From NCBI RefSeq assembly GCF_001194135.2, contig NC_068982.1, positions 18,381,364 to 18,445,363 on the forward strand: DNA of 64,000 nucleotides, read 5' to 3'. This document shows positions 35,597 to 49,851 of the stretch, piece by piece. Source of the stretch: Octopus bimaculoides. Lineage: Eukaryota. Both the position numbers and the translations under genes were made by a program. Below the pieces are notes generated by a model. It saw only the letters and a program-made list of their open reading frames with translations, was not told where the DNA came from and did not search any database. How positions within the stretch are numbered: the first letter of the stretch is position 1; each line of letters starts with the position of its first letter.

Positions 35597-37690
35597 CGTC
35601 TTTCCGATGACACAAATCGGCGGATTACACCAACACAGATGAACAGGACACGTCCACCGAACGAAATAACACTAACACCGAGGACGCCATCACACGATCA
35701 GCAACGAAATCCCTAATCACAGACTTGAGTGGATCACTCTCCCATGAATAACTAGAACTTATCACTCTGGGCCCTAAATTTATCTTGAGCCAACAGCCGA
35801 ATGAAAAAATCTTATGTCGAACAGCCTACCGACTGAAATGGCTATTGTTGATAAAGAAAAAACAACAACACACTCGCCAAATTTCCCACGTACCAACTAG
35901 AACACCCACTCCACCCACCCGCAACCAACCAAGAACTCAACCATAATCAATCCAGTTTGAAACAGTCTATCTTAAACATCTCAAGGAAGGGATCGAACGT
36001 AGCTCCAAACTTAACCAAGGCGCAATATAAAACACTGGCTGAACTGATAAACAAAACCTTGTATACTTACCATCAGATACAGGAAAAGAAATCTGCGTGA
36101 TTTCTTGTAAAATATGTGATAGACTGGCACCAGAACATTTAAGCAATGACATGCTATCTTCTAAAGTGACAGATATAACTGCGACCACGTTTGAGGACCG
36201 AATTTACACCGCACGTACGGAGATCTGTAAATGGAGACAAATACGTAATAAATTCAAGAACAACTTCATCACAAATAACAGTAGATTACCCAAATTTTAT
36301 CACTTCATTAAAACTCAAAAGAATAGCAACACGATCCAGATTAGACGCATCGTCTCCAGTGTGGAAGGTCCTCTATATAAAATATCCTGGTACTTTCTCA
36401 CATCCTGAAACCCATACTCTTCACCTTTCCTGGACACGTCAAGAACTCCGACGAAGTCATCAAAAGACTGCACCAATTGCTCCTAGACCAACTCAGGCAA
36501 AACAGATATGTCTTTAGTCTTGACGTTGTCTCAATGTACACAACGGTGCCAGCATACTCAGTGGTCAACCTATTGACTGACTGCATAATAGCGTCCAACA
36601 TCCAATGTTTCGGACATACCGCAGCTGACATACATCAATTTTTGTCCATCATCGTGGAAAACACCTACTTCTCTTTCCAGGACCATATATACAAACAGAC
36701 AACAGGTCTCCCCATGGGATCCAGTCTCTCGGGCCTACTAACCATCACTTATATGAACCATCTGGAACGTCGAGCACTCAACATCTGCCGCTCATGCGCC
36801 TTCTTCACCATGTACGTAGATGACATCCTCAAGTGCAGCAGAACAAAGGACAAGGTGACACACACTACACGCTTCCTAGATATATTGAAAACCAACGGGT
36901 ACCCTAGATCTATTGTAAATCGGATTAAGTACTCAAGACGACCAATATGCCAAAAACATAGAAAACCCAGCAACACATGTTTCCTTAAAATACCCCATTT
37001 TAGCGACAGGATAACTACAGCCATCCGAAGAGCCATAAGAAGAGAAGGGCTAGACATACAACTAGACCACTCCGGCCTCTCTTTGAGAGGACATCTCGCA
37101 AAGAAACGGACAAAGGACAACAATCAATACACACTAACAAACTGTCCCATCCGTGACACAGATTTATGCCAACGAGTAAATGTTGTGTATACAATAAAAT
37201 GTAACAAATGTAGCAAGTTCTATGTGGGTAGCACAACAGGACCGTTACACGTCCGCATCAAAGACCATCTGAACACGAGAGCCCCCTCATTCAGAAAATA
37301 TCTAGACAGATGCCGGAACACCGATAAAAACATAACAGTCACAATTGAAGCCAATGAAAAAAAATTGGGTAATTTAAGAATTAAGGAAGCTATCCTCATA
37401 CATAGACTAGGGCCCCAAATTAACAACAGGCTGGAGGTTGGTAATCAATATATTATTTAGCTACATCTTGATGAGTGTAGGTTCATTTAGAATAGCCAAA
37501 AAGAAGGGGAAAAGGAAGCTGCACGTATAATACATAACTTAGAAGCAGTGCTACAGATGTACAAGGACACACGAAATTGAGACATGGCCGACCTCACGCA
37601 CTTCTCATGAGGAATTCCGGAAGGGGCTTCATGAGTCCACTGCTGAGACACTTAATAAATAAATAAATAAATAATTAAATAAATAAATAA
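35597..37690 (+). mobile_element. Penelope-like retroelement (RT plus GIY-YIG), 5'-truncated and internally deleted; longest open frame 36477-37460
   Basis: TLGPKF; RLPKFYHFIKTQK..IRRIVSS; SLDVVSMYT; YKQTTGLPMGSSLSG; YVDD; NGYP; CPIRDTDLCQRVNVVYTIKCNKCSKFYVGST...RIKDHL; LRIKEAILI; (TAAA)n tail. Confidence 0.92.
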
Positions 37691-37894
37691 AACGAAAAGC
37701 CGTTGGAAAACCGATTATAGCAGCAACTAAGAATATCTGAAGAAGAAATTTTATTCCGGAATATCATCAGACTATGGATGACTAAATTATAACAGCCTAT
37801 TGTTTGTATTATAGTGCATTGTTGTACCATTCAAAACTTTTTATTCTTTAAATATCATAGATTTAAGCTCCTCAAACCAAAATCCATCTTTATC

Positions 37895-38015
37895 ACCACT
37901 TGACAACTAGTGTTGGCGTGTTTACACCAACGTAACGTAAAGGTTCGGCAACGCAGACCAATATATAATAACAGGTTTTAAAATAGGTACTGGGTTGATT
38001 CATTTAACGAAATTC
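37895..38015 (+). mobile_element. SINE family A, decayed 3' body fragment
   Basis: cttgacaactagtgttggcgtgtttacac...ggttcggcaacgcagacc matches the family A body. Confidence 0.6.
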
Positions 38016-38240
38016 CTTCATGTAAAGATAAGAGATAATATTTCAAATATTTCTGAGCAATAAAGTCTGGGGATCACTTACTGCTTATAGATTTTCGTTC
38101 GCTGGTATTTTTCAGGCAACAGCGAAGACACGATTCATTTTCTAGTTGCCTAATTGGTAATTTCTTATGCATGATTCAGTGCACATACTCTCTTATATAA
38201 AGAAGTAATGTGCATGCATTTACACACACGCACACACACA

Positions 38241-38292
<52 letters not shown>

Positions 38293-39334
38293 TATGTGCG
38301 TGACAAAGTATTAACAAGTGCAATTAGCCTACCGGAAGTGTGAAGTTATATTCAATGATAATACTCAGATATGAAATATAGCGCAATAAACTCTCAACCT
38401 AATGATATTCAGCATATGATTACTAGAAAAGTTTTATATAACCATTCAATGTCACTTCAATTTTACATTCTTCGTAAGAATATAGTATATAAAAAATTCT
38501 TGTTAACTAAGTTGTCGAACAAAAACGTGGACGTTATTACTGAAATATGTCATATAATGTAAAGTTTATATTCAAACTAAAGTATGCTTTTAAGGTTTTG
38601 CTGAGAATAAAACTTTATTTCAGTTTGTTTTGTCAAAATATATTTAGTAATGTCTATAATAAAATAAGCTATTTTTAATGCTTACAATGAAAATATCGGT
38701 ATTATGTGTGGTTAAATACGATATGTTTTCATTTAAGTAATGTAAAATCTACGTCGTTATTAAAAATTGGTTACAAACATCTTAGAGTGATTTTGTTGAC
38801 TGTGTACAAACAAATATCTATGTATGACATTGGAGCATTACGGTTCTGTTAACTCGTTCACAAATATTAATTATCTGCACAAGACAATGCATTTTGTATT
38901 TTCCTTTCATAACATTGATTTTATGCACGTAAATAATTTTTGTTCAAACTGCAAAAGTTTGAGTTATTTAAGCTTTGCCGCTTTCCATTAAGCAGTGAAC
39001 ATTAATTTTGTTTTATGTTATTTAATAAATATGTAGAAGATATTTATAACACCGACAGCTATAAATCTTTTAAACATATTTAAATGGTTTGTTTACATTA
39101 TATTTATTCTGCATTATTTCTTTCGTAAGGTTATACAAAACTCATAACCTTTTATCACATGCTTAGCCATAAGGATAATTATTATTCATAAGTTTTAGAC
39201 AATAGGTTTAGTTTATACATCAGCTGAAAGCAGCTTGAAATATATATTTTGTTTGTTTCATTTCGTAGCAAGTGCATATACACATAAATAAATTAACGAC
39301 TTACCAAACAAATTATGTATCGTCACTATATGCA

Positions 39335-40538
39335 TAATTGGATACATTTCAGAAGGTTTGACATTCGTCTTCGAAGGGACTGTTATAACTGTCCTAGATT
39401 ATTGCAAACGTTACTGTACATCTCATAATCTGGCTTGTCGGCATTTTAAATGTATATTTCCAGATTGGATGCGACGGCTGTAACAACACTTTGGACGCTC
39501 CAGCAGAATGCAGACTTGGGAACTTGGTATGCAATACCATTTGTGTTAAAATGATCAAAGACACTACGGGAACCACTGAAATATTCTAGGCGTGATTATG
39601 GATTAACTTATAGAAAATGAGCATCTGCTTTTTCTGCACGAAGAAATTCGAGGACGGTCGAGAGTTTATGTGAAACGAGGAGGGGTCTGGAGGGAGAGGG
39701 ACATCAAAACATATAAGCTGGTTGCAAAAATATATAATTTTCTGGAGGAAGACCGCTGTGTGGCTATTAAGACAATTGGCGTAGTTCGTGTTACACCTAT
39801 GCGTAGCAATTATTCATGAAGATCTGAGCATTCGCAAAATTTGTGCAAAGTTTGTTCCCAGGGTTCTCGGTGACGAAAAGAAGGAAGGGCGCGTTGGTAA
39901 CAGCAAGGGGATTGTTGAGCACATAATCGCAAATGCAAAAGTACTCGAGTCTCTGGTGACTTACGACGGCAGCTGGACTTATTGTGATGACTCAGACATC
40001 GATAGACGTTGGGCTACAAGAAGCTAAGCTGATACCCGCAGACCCACATAGTCCGAGCAAATCAAGTCTACTGATAAGCACATAACTATCCCCTTTTTCA
40101 GCTGCGAGGATATCATCTACTTACACGGCGTTTTCTCTGGGAAAACAGTAAAAAAAACTGTACTTTAAAGATGAGATTTCATCTCAAAAGGCCAGAACAG
40201 CTGCACCAGGACAATATACCAATGCACAGTTCCATCCGAGAAAACAAAAACAAAAAAACCTTAGCAGCGACGGATATCAAAATTACTTTTTATTCTACCT
40301 ACATTTAGACCTTGCTCCGAGTGACGAGAACCTCCGGGGCAGTAAGATGTAAGACGTTGAGAAGAGGAAGGATGTTGTGATAAAGGCAGCTCCGGACACC
40401 TGTACCTTAGAGTACTCGCTGTTGACTTCAGGACATGCCTGGATCTGTACAATCTGAAAACGATTATATTTTCGTACTTCTTTGAAATTAATATGTCTTC
40501 CCTGAAAATGTCTCAAAACCTCTGCAATGCACCTTGTA
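39335..40538 (+). mobile_element. Degenerate, roughly full-length mariner
   Basis: IIHEDLSIRKICAKFVPRVL...LESLVTYDGSWTYCDD (cf. WVPR, LVTGDESW) and DLAPSD near 40307. Degenerate TIR pair acatttcagaaggtttgacatt / aatgtctcaaaacctctgcaatg. Confidence 0.75.
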
Positions 40539-41340
40539 ATAATTTTAAAAAAATAAAGATGGAAGCCCACTAGATCTATAATACAGAGAAAGTAGTTTTT
40601 TTAGAAGGCGTATAATTATAGTAATTTCGCTTATAGCAAAATTAGAATGATTATATATCGAGACCTATTTAAAGAAATGCTATGATGATATGCAAAATCC
40701 TAGCTTCGAGAAATATTTACAAAATCAATAAATATGAATACATTAGATTTCGATTTAAATTACCGATGACCGAGACGATAAATATCCGTGCGCTACCTAT
40801 CGAAGCATGACTTATGAAGTGTGTACAGATATCATTTGTGACAAATGGCACTGAATAATATGTGTGGCAGACGCCATGACCGTGATTTTCTATAGAGGAA
40901 GGAATAATAACCGTGGTCTTAACAAGTACACCCAGTGAAATTTATATTAAAAATTTATGATTCTTTTATTTTTCCCTTAAGTCTGTAATAAGCTTTGTGC
41001 AGGAAGGAAATACAAGAGGCAAAATTCCGGGAAGGAATGTCTGGGCATAGAAAATACTACGGGATTAGGAACGGTACATGATGAATACTGCTGGAGGATA
41101 AGCGAGTTGCATTGCTGAGCGCTACTGGAAGTGGAATGAATTCAACCAGATCCTAGCAGCAATGGACATTTTCGTAGCAGTGAAAACGGGACATTTATGA
41201 GTCAACATGCATATGAGCAATATCCGAGTCATGTCTAAGCTGGATGTTTCTTTTCTGACCAATAGCAATGTAAGAAAAAGCCTGCTTACATACTCTTAGA
41301 AAATACCCTTATATGAGCTATGTTTAAAATTCATAATGTT

Positions 41341-41546
41341 TTCTACTCTAGGCACAAAGCCCGAATTTTGTGGGAGGGGCCCAGTCGATTAGATCAACCC
41401 CAGTACGCAACTGGTACTTAATATATCGACCCCGAAAGGATGAAAGGAAAAGTCAACCACGACGGAAATTGAACTCAGAACATAAAGACAGACAAAACAC
41501 TGCTAAGTATTTCACTCGGCGGGCTAGTACTTCTGCCAGCTCGCGG
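41341..41546 (-). mobile_element. SINE family B, full length
   Basis: ttctactctaggcacaaagcccg...ttgaactcagaac...ctgccagctcgc. Confidence 0.9.
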
Positions 41547-42144
41547 TGAGTTCATAATGTAACTAATGTATTTGCTATGAAAGAACTATGGGACACACCA
41601 GGTAGTGCAATATAAATTTAGACATACGTTATGCCCTTTTTGCTTATATGTCTAAAGACTGATATATGGTAAATGATAACCAGTTAATATTTAATCAATG
41701 TTTTGTGTAAGCCATGAGTTTTTATTTGTTTTCTGATTAACAATTTAAAACAAAAATAAAACGAATTTGTCTGTCAAATCTGTGTCGATTTTCGTAAGCT
41801 TTTGCGAATTAAATTAAAATATATAGGCATTCTTGTCTGGTTGTGTATATAACTAATTTGCTGGATTCAAAACACAACCTTTTCTGTGAAATGAAACCTA
41901 TTGTGACTGAAACATGCACTCCCAGTTGCACCCTTATTCCTACACAAGTACAGAGACATTTAGGTAACGCCATACCAATCTCAGAGATTACTTTCTCTTG
42001 TCATTTGGAATTCGTTGCGAAATCTCTAGACGTTTGTATATGTTTCTTTCTAGGATAAGATAATTTTAATAAATGAAGAATTGATAACCTATGGTATTGG
42101 CTGTATCATTATTTGTACACACACACATACACACGCACTCACAT

Positions 42145-42199
42145 TCTTCTATTCTTTATCTTATTTCAGTTATTTGACAACGGCCATGCTCGAGCACCG
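42145..42199 (-). mobile_element. SINE family A tail fragment
   Basis: ttatttcagttatttgacaacggccatgctcgagcaccg. Confidence 0.6.
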
Positions 42200-43518
42200 A
42201 TTTATGTCCTTTTCATTTCTTAGACCATTGTTCAAAATCAAGTGAGGACGATTTGATGCGTATCATTTGCAAGTAATAAAATATATTTCTCTTGATAGAT
42301 TAGAAACTGGACACGACACGCCTCTGTGGTATTGCACGCTCTGAAGCGCTTACAGCCATGGTTATCTCCTTTGTCTGTCTATAAATATATCCTGCAAATT
42401 CTTAAACCGTTCGCAAAGCGGCAATGTGTAAATTGATGTAAATTTGATTGCTATTTATACTGAATGTTAATAATATATAAAGCCTAGATAAATGTTGCAA
42501 GAAATCATTTCTAATCTGAAATCTATCATATTATTAACATTCTTTTATATCATATTATTTACATTTTTCATCATAGGAAGAATATCAACAATAGCAGATA
42601 GCATGTATATCCTCTCTATTTCCTGCATAGTAGCCCTGGGATTACAAAGATAATGATAACAAGTTACGCATATTTAATTAACGTTTTCACTTGTTGTGTA
42701 GAAACAACCTTATTATAATGTGTAACCCATATATGTTTTGTGGCGAAATGTTCTTTGGTTTTCTTATTAGTTTTTGTTTCCACCTCCTTCGCTGGATTTG
42801 CGAAAATCGTACGTTAAATTACTACTTCATATAACTACTACTTCCAGAAAAAAACTAAAAAAAAACCCTCCAAAATCTTCAAGTTTTCATACTAATTGAA
42901 TGTGCTGACAAATAATAAAAATAAAGACCAAAAAATGTTAATCTATGTAAAAGAATATTAGCTGAAATATATTTACTGAATATGCATCATTTTGCTTTAA
43001 TAATTTCTGGAAATGTTCACGTGAATACATTGCTTGAATAGTTGAATAAAAAATAGTAACGACATTCGGATTTGCCATATTCCTTTGCTAAATCTTTCAC
43101 TTCTTACAGCAAGATTTTGTGTGTATTTAAACAATTTGTATATCTCCAAGGCTTGAAATCTTAAAATTCAGATTCTATGAAATCTACAAAATGTAGTAAC
43201 GTGTTTAACATATCCATATTAACTTCCAGTTTCCTGACAAACATTTCCAGTTTTCTGCACATCATCAACATTTGCAAACATTTTCCCTGACACTAGCGGC
43301 TTATTTATGATTCTAGTATCATTCCTTTGAAAGGAATTTTATTTTACACTAGTTATATATGTATTTCTTTGAGTCGGACAGCTAAATAAATTACAATCTG
43401 TAGAGAAAATATTAGGAACCTCGTCTAAAACATACATACTTTGAAATTGTGGTAAATTAGCTATTTATAAAATGGCAATACATACATACATATCTATCTA
43501 TCTATCTATCTATCTATA

Positions 43519-43556
<38 letters not shown>

Positions 43557-43557
43557 C

Positions 43558-43591
<34 letters not shown>

Positions 43592-43735
43592 NNNNNNNNN
43601 NNNNNNNNNNNNNNNNNNNNNNNNNNNNNNNNNNNNNNNNNNNNNNNNNNNNNNNNNNNNNNNNNNNNNNNNNNNNNNNNNNNNNNNNNNNNNNNNNNNN
43701 NNNNNNNNNNNNNNNNNNNNNNNNNNNNNNNNNNN

Positions 43736-44125
43736 CCCCGAGTGGCTGCGTGGTAAGTAGCTTGCTTACCAACCACATGCTTCCGGGTTCAGTCCCACTG
43801 CGCGGCAAGTGTCTTCTACTATACCCTCGGGCCGACCAAAGCCTTGTGTGTGGATTTGGTAGACGGAAACTGAAAGAAGCTCGTCGTATATATGTACATG
43901 TATATATATATGTATGTGTTTGTGTATCTATGTTTTTCATCTCAACATCGCTTGACACCAGATGCTGGTGTATTTACGTCCCCGTAACTTAGCGGTTCAG
44001 CAAAAATGGGTGATAGAATAAGTACTAATCTTACAAAGAATACGTCCTGGGTCGATTAGCTCGACTAAAGGCGGTGCTCCAGCATGGCGGCCATTAAATG
44101 ACTGAAACAAGTAAACGAGTAAGAG
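43736..44125 (+). mobile_element. SINE family A, near full length, starting at a gap edge
   Basis: gagtggctgcgtggtaagtag...gggttcagtccc...atgactgaaacaagtaaacgag. Confidence 0.9.
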
Positions 44126-45760
44126 TATTTCTTCGAACAGATATTAAAAGAATCACAAGGCAAATTCATAAAAACTGCTTAACAAAACATCGAAAAATTT
44201 GTGTAGGAACATATTTTGTATAACATCCTAGTCAAAATTTTACGAATTGCAAACATAACTTATAAGAGATAAGAGAGAATTCATGCATATTCATGGAATT
44301 CAGATAACTTACAGATGGGAATCTCTGTTAAAGTTAGCGTGAACAGTATTAATGCGCGGCTGTTTTCAAAACAGCTGCACCTCTACTCTGATTACAAATT
44401 CGCATTATTATAATTTTTGGTGCATTTGATGATATTAGTAAATCATCAACTAACAATTTGGAAAATTCAGGGATTTAAAAAAAAAAACGCCCAGTCACAT
44501 GACAGATATAATCTGTAAAATGATCCAAGTTGTAGTTTTCAAATTATGAACTAGTTTATACAAAGAGATATACCAGATCAGTTACCAACATTTCACGTAC
44601 TATTTGCAGCAGATACATATTTTCATAAATATTTTCATGCAGTCCTCTTTAAGCAGATAATTATTTTAATATCTATAATGCTACTAGAATATAAAAGAAA
44701 GGATAAATAGTATTCATTGAAAGAATTATAGATTCTTATTGATTCATTCTGTTGATTTTGTTATATAAATTGAATATATGATAAATTTATCGTTATACTT
44801 ACCAAGCGGTAATAATATAATTTAAAGTTGTTTAAGTATGTATAATCGAAAACCATCTGTATTCTCCGAAGAATTCCAAATATAAATACCCATATGAAAT
44901 TGGGTTCATTATACTTTCTTAATCCAAAGTGAATCCTCAGATTTAATTATAGTCCTTCTGGATTGGAAATTATTAGTCTCATGCCGCTGTGAAATTGTGT
45001 TAAAATTAGCAAACTCATTAGCATTGTGAAACAACCTGGGTGTAAGGAAAACGTAATTTATAGGCGACATTTAACTGCAGTAATCAAGTTTTAATTTTAA
45101 TAGGGATCCTAATAAGCCAATCACAGAAGAAGCACATCTATAAAGATCTAATTGGATGCTAAATTTAATTATAGTTTTCAGTCTATCCAAAATTATCTTA
45201 CTTCTGCCGCTTATACCAGTTTAATTTCGGTTAATCAATCTACTACAGAGGTTTTATATACGAATAACATTTATGAAACAGTTTTTGTGTATATTTACTT
45301 AATTATTCGTTTTACTCCTTATATTGCACGCTTATTGCCCCTAACTCCTCCTCATTATTTTCCACAAGTGATGAATCAAGATATTAGACCATTAATTAAA
45401 AATTCTCCGTAATCCTAATACTCTATTTGGATAAATAGAAATTTGTTTCTGAGCAGGTTTCCTATAATATAGAAACAACTAACGCTCATTTGTCATCTTC
45501 TATCCCATGTTTACCTATCTTCATTAAAATGAGGTACAAGCTTATTCCAAAACGCATTCGGAAGCCGCTTCCAGAAATGTAGTTTTAGATATACAAATAT
45601 GATCACATAGACGTCTAATGCCCATAGACATAAAAATACACACGCATACATAAATATGTTATATGTGTTAATACACATTTAATTAGGTATCAAAAAGTTG
45701 TACACACGCACACACACATACGGGTTCGCGCGCACAAACACACACACTCACACATATATA

Positions 45761-45976
45761 TTCGTTCTGACTCTAGGCACAAGGCGCGAAATTTTGGGGG
45801 AGAGGGCCACTCGATTAAATCGACCTCAGTACGCAACTGGTTCTTAATTTATGGACCCCGAAAGGATGAAAGGCAAAGTCTACCTCGGCGAAATTTGAAC
45901 TCAAAACGTAAAGACAGACGAAACACCGCTAAGCATTTCGCTCGACGTGCTAACATTTCTTCTAGCTCGCAACCTT
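45761..45976 (-). mobile_element. SINE family B, full length
   Basis: ctctaggcacaaggcgcgaaattttggggg...tttgaactcaaaacg...ctagctcgcaacctt. Confidence 0.9.
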
Positions 45977-48900
45977 ATATACATATATTGAATGACTGGC
46001 CATTTGTAAACCCATACTAGTGATGTCTCCATGAATCACGTTGTATCTATTCTAGTACAGTAGTCTGAACCTCGTTTTTATCTGTACAATAACGGTCCTC
46101 CTCGTGTTTGGAGTTGATGTCTTATCATAATATCGTCAGTTACACCAGACGCTGTACAAGAGGCTGCTCATTATCTTTTTCAACTGCCAAGATATGACAT
46201 GCATATCCAGACTGAGTCCGATAGGCAGTATTTTGCGTCTGATAAACGTCCCCTTTCACAGATGCATATACATGCATTCACTCCGATAAACAGAGATAAA
46301 TACATACAAATGCGTGCGTGCATGTGTGTTTGTATTAATTAGGTGTGCACTTGGCCCCTTGATGCTTTCAAATAATATGAAAGGAGTAAAGTGTAAAACA
46401 CGATAAGATTTTAAGATAAAGTACTTGAATAATGTCGACATGAGTGGAAGGATACGTTCTTACATCTGTAGAACTTATCTTTCTGAAGGTCTAGTTGTTA
46501 TATTCGTTGTATTCTCTATCTATTCATGCTATCTATTTCAATGCGATTGTCTGTCGTTGTCTCTCCATACTAATAAAAGTTTTCAGGAATTCTAGCACCA
46601 TAGAAGTAAATTATAACAATAAAAGTGAGTAGATCGCATGACAGGGTTTAATTATTTGTGATTTTTACATCAAGCAAAACAAGGTTTTCGTGATTTTTTT
46701 TAAATGAAGAATTTTATTTCGATATCGTTATGCCCGTGTATGAGTGTTTCGTGTGTGCGCATATCAATGTGTGTTCATGGTAGGAACATTAAAGGTAAAT
46801 TTCAAGCTTTCGCTTTTCTAATTGGTAGCAGTTTGATTAAAAGTGAAATTCAGATCTCAAGATTTACACTGTATTGAAAATAATTAAGGGATATATATAA
46901 ATTTGGACTCGATAAATTCCATAGCTGTTCCATCCATGTACACACATTGGAAAATACACACATACTCCGGCATACATACATATGTACATTCCTAAATATG
47001 CGTATTCACAAACAAACTCTCATACATATAATCAAACATTTTTTCAATGTAAGTGTAGGCAAAATAACTATCGTTTCCTTCTCAAGTAAGCTTTCCATCA
47101 TATACATTATGTGAACTGAATATTTGATCTTATTCTTATGAGTATAAATGCAAGTATATGCCTGTATGTAATAGCTTCTACTATTTGCCACCATTCTTTC
47201 TGAATTGAAAGTTGTTCACATGAACTAATTTAAACACATCTGATTTAAGGAACAACCAAGTTCATTCTAATATATAGATAACAAATAAATCTACGGTGAA
47301 TTATTGGAAGATGGCAAACGACATAACCGATATATTGATCATTAAGTAAATGAGTAATTTTTTCGGAATCTCTGTGATGGATGTCACTATGTAAATGCTG
47401 CACGAATGCATAAAGCTTCGATTCGTCAATCTGTTTGCATGTCTAATCTATTATTATGAAAGATGTTCTCGTATGGTGATGGAACATGTCTTCATGGATT
47501 CAAATTAAATTTTATGACAAAATGAAAAAATATCTTTCTTCTTTAAATGTATTTTTAAAATCAGTAAACGATTTTGTAAAAGTATTTTTACTGTTAAGTT
47601 TTGTAACAAACCAATACATTATACACAAATACTCTACGAATCTCCATTAAAATTCATATTACCTGCAATAGTGCTCTATATGAAGGGCATTCGATTTTAT
47701 TAATTTACCTTTTCTGTAAATTGTTAAATAATAAAATAAAAACAAACGTTTCCTAGAATTTCTCTTCTTCACCTGTGCATTTATAGGACTTCTTGTAATC
47801 GAAAGAAAACATATTAAGCACGTTTGCATTCTTGGTCTCGATATATTTTCAATATTAGTGATATAATTAATACAATGAATATAAATGTTAGGCAACCAAT
47901 TAGTTAATACTACATATTGCTTTTTCAAATTTAAATTTGATTTCAAAATGTTCTGGTACAGCAAACTGGTAATTGTCTACTGCTATATTTGGCTAGTGTC
48001 GTGCTGACTGTGGATCACTGAATGCGAACACTATGGAAGCCAGGCTTGTGGATTAGGAATGTAATTGTAAGTAACAGATCTATCACTTGCACAGTCACGT
48101 TAATTCTGCCTTAACATGGCGTTAAAAACACAAGTGAAAGTGGGGTCTTTATAATCACGCTGCAATTCTATGTGGAAGTAGATCATTTTATAGAGCACCT
48201 TGAGTAATTAATATTGAAATGAATACAGCTTACATTTCTTTTTATCTTATTTACACTGGAAGCTGTCTAATTAATAAAAATAAACAATGCTATTTTAGTA
48301 TAAATACAAAGGAATTTTTGTAAGCAAATATTTGTTGTAATATACTCACATGCCTCCATATATCTCATTTTAATGCTGGGAAGAAGTGTAAATTAATGTC
48401 ATTCGTAGCTTAATTAAAATACATAATTAAACAAAATAGAGAGCAAAATACATTTAGTCCTCTGCTATACTATTTCTGAAGATTAAAAGCCTTGAAAAAA
48501 AATATATAAAAAGCATTAATTAGATGATCTTTGTTTTCGAATGCGGAAAGTTATATCATTATCTGAAATAGAACTTTGCACAGATCTATATCCTATACAG
48601 TATGCCATACTTAACTATATTGGACGTATAAGAATTAAGGTCTATTAAAAATGATTCTTTACAAATATATCGTATTTATTGTTCGAATAAATACGAAAAC
48701 GCACCTGAAACCTCTCCTTGAATCATATATTTTCAATCTTGAAATGAAGTAAATTCTATTTCTATTGAAATAGCAACTTTTAATAATCAGGGGAAAATAA
48801 ACTGCTGCAGACAATTGGCTTGTACATATAGTTGTGGCTTATGTTTTTGTTCTTGTTTAACATTGACACAACTCAGAACGAAACACACTATGATGAACGC

Positions 48901-49657
48901 TATCAAAACTTGACGAACCTAATTTATCTATTTTGTTTCCGACAAAATGTCACTTGGTTAACATTATTTCATTTTGCTTACAAAGTATTTCAGACACTGG
49001 GTTGGGAATTGATTGAAATTTTACAGCTAATACTAGCTGTCTTCTCATATGTTAGAAACTTATGCGAACTAATTAGTACCAAGTCTGAAATGCAAAAGGA
49101 AAAATAAATAAATAAAAGATATTAGTTACTAGAAATTATTTCAGTGTTTCCTTTCATCAATAATTCGATAGCACAATCAAGCATACAGTCATATTAACAC
49201 ACACACATCACAGACGTGCGCGCGCACGCACGCACGCATGCACATACACATATACGAATAGTTTTATTCCGTTCCTTCTGTACAAATAATAGTCAAGCTG
49301 GTGTAGAATTATTCAACGAGTTGTCGGCTAAATCTGTAAAAGAACTGTTGATTCTACAGAGGGTGATGCACTACAGTTTGACAACAGAAATTTTTCCATG
49401 TGACACCGTTTGCTAAAAATTTTGGATCTGGAATTAAGTAGTGTCGTTAAATTCCTAGATCTAAGGAAAATATATGATTCTTCGGCTCCCTATAGCATAC
49501 ACCTCTTTGATTCCTTTACGTATGGCGTAGATTTCTCTACGATTCTCCAGTTGGATGCGTGATCTTTAGATCCCATATCTGCAAACGACATAACCGATAA
49601 ATTCATCCCTCCCTCTTTATCCTTATCGTTCCATGTTTCCTGTTCTACTCTTTTTCA

Positions 49658-49693
<36 letters not shown>

Positions 49694-49851
49694 CAATCTA
49701 TCTCTCCTTCCGACTCTCCCTCTCTCCCTCTTTTTCATATCTCTCTCTCTTCCCACTCCATCTCTCCTTCCGTCTCTTCCTCTCTCCCTCTCATTTATAT
49801 ATTCCTCCTTCCTCCCTCTCTCTCTCTGTATATATACATATATATATACAT

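Noticed and set aside
37725-37775. CTGATGA plus palindrome TATTCCGGAATA on the minus strand
   Set aside because: It lacks the conserved GAAA, and stems I and III do not form.
47659-47964. 101-aa minus ORF with good splice-like sites at 47660-47775
   Set aside because: No consistent exon phase or homology; the long T-tract alone is common in this DNA.
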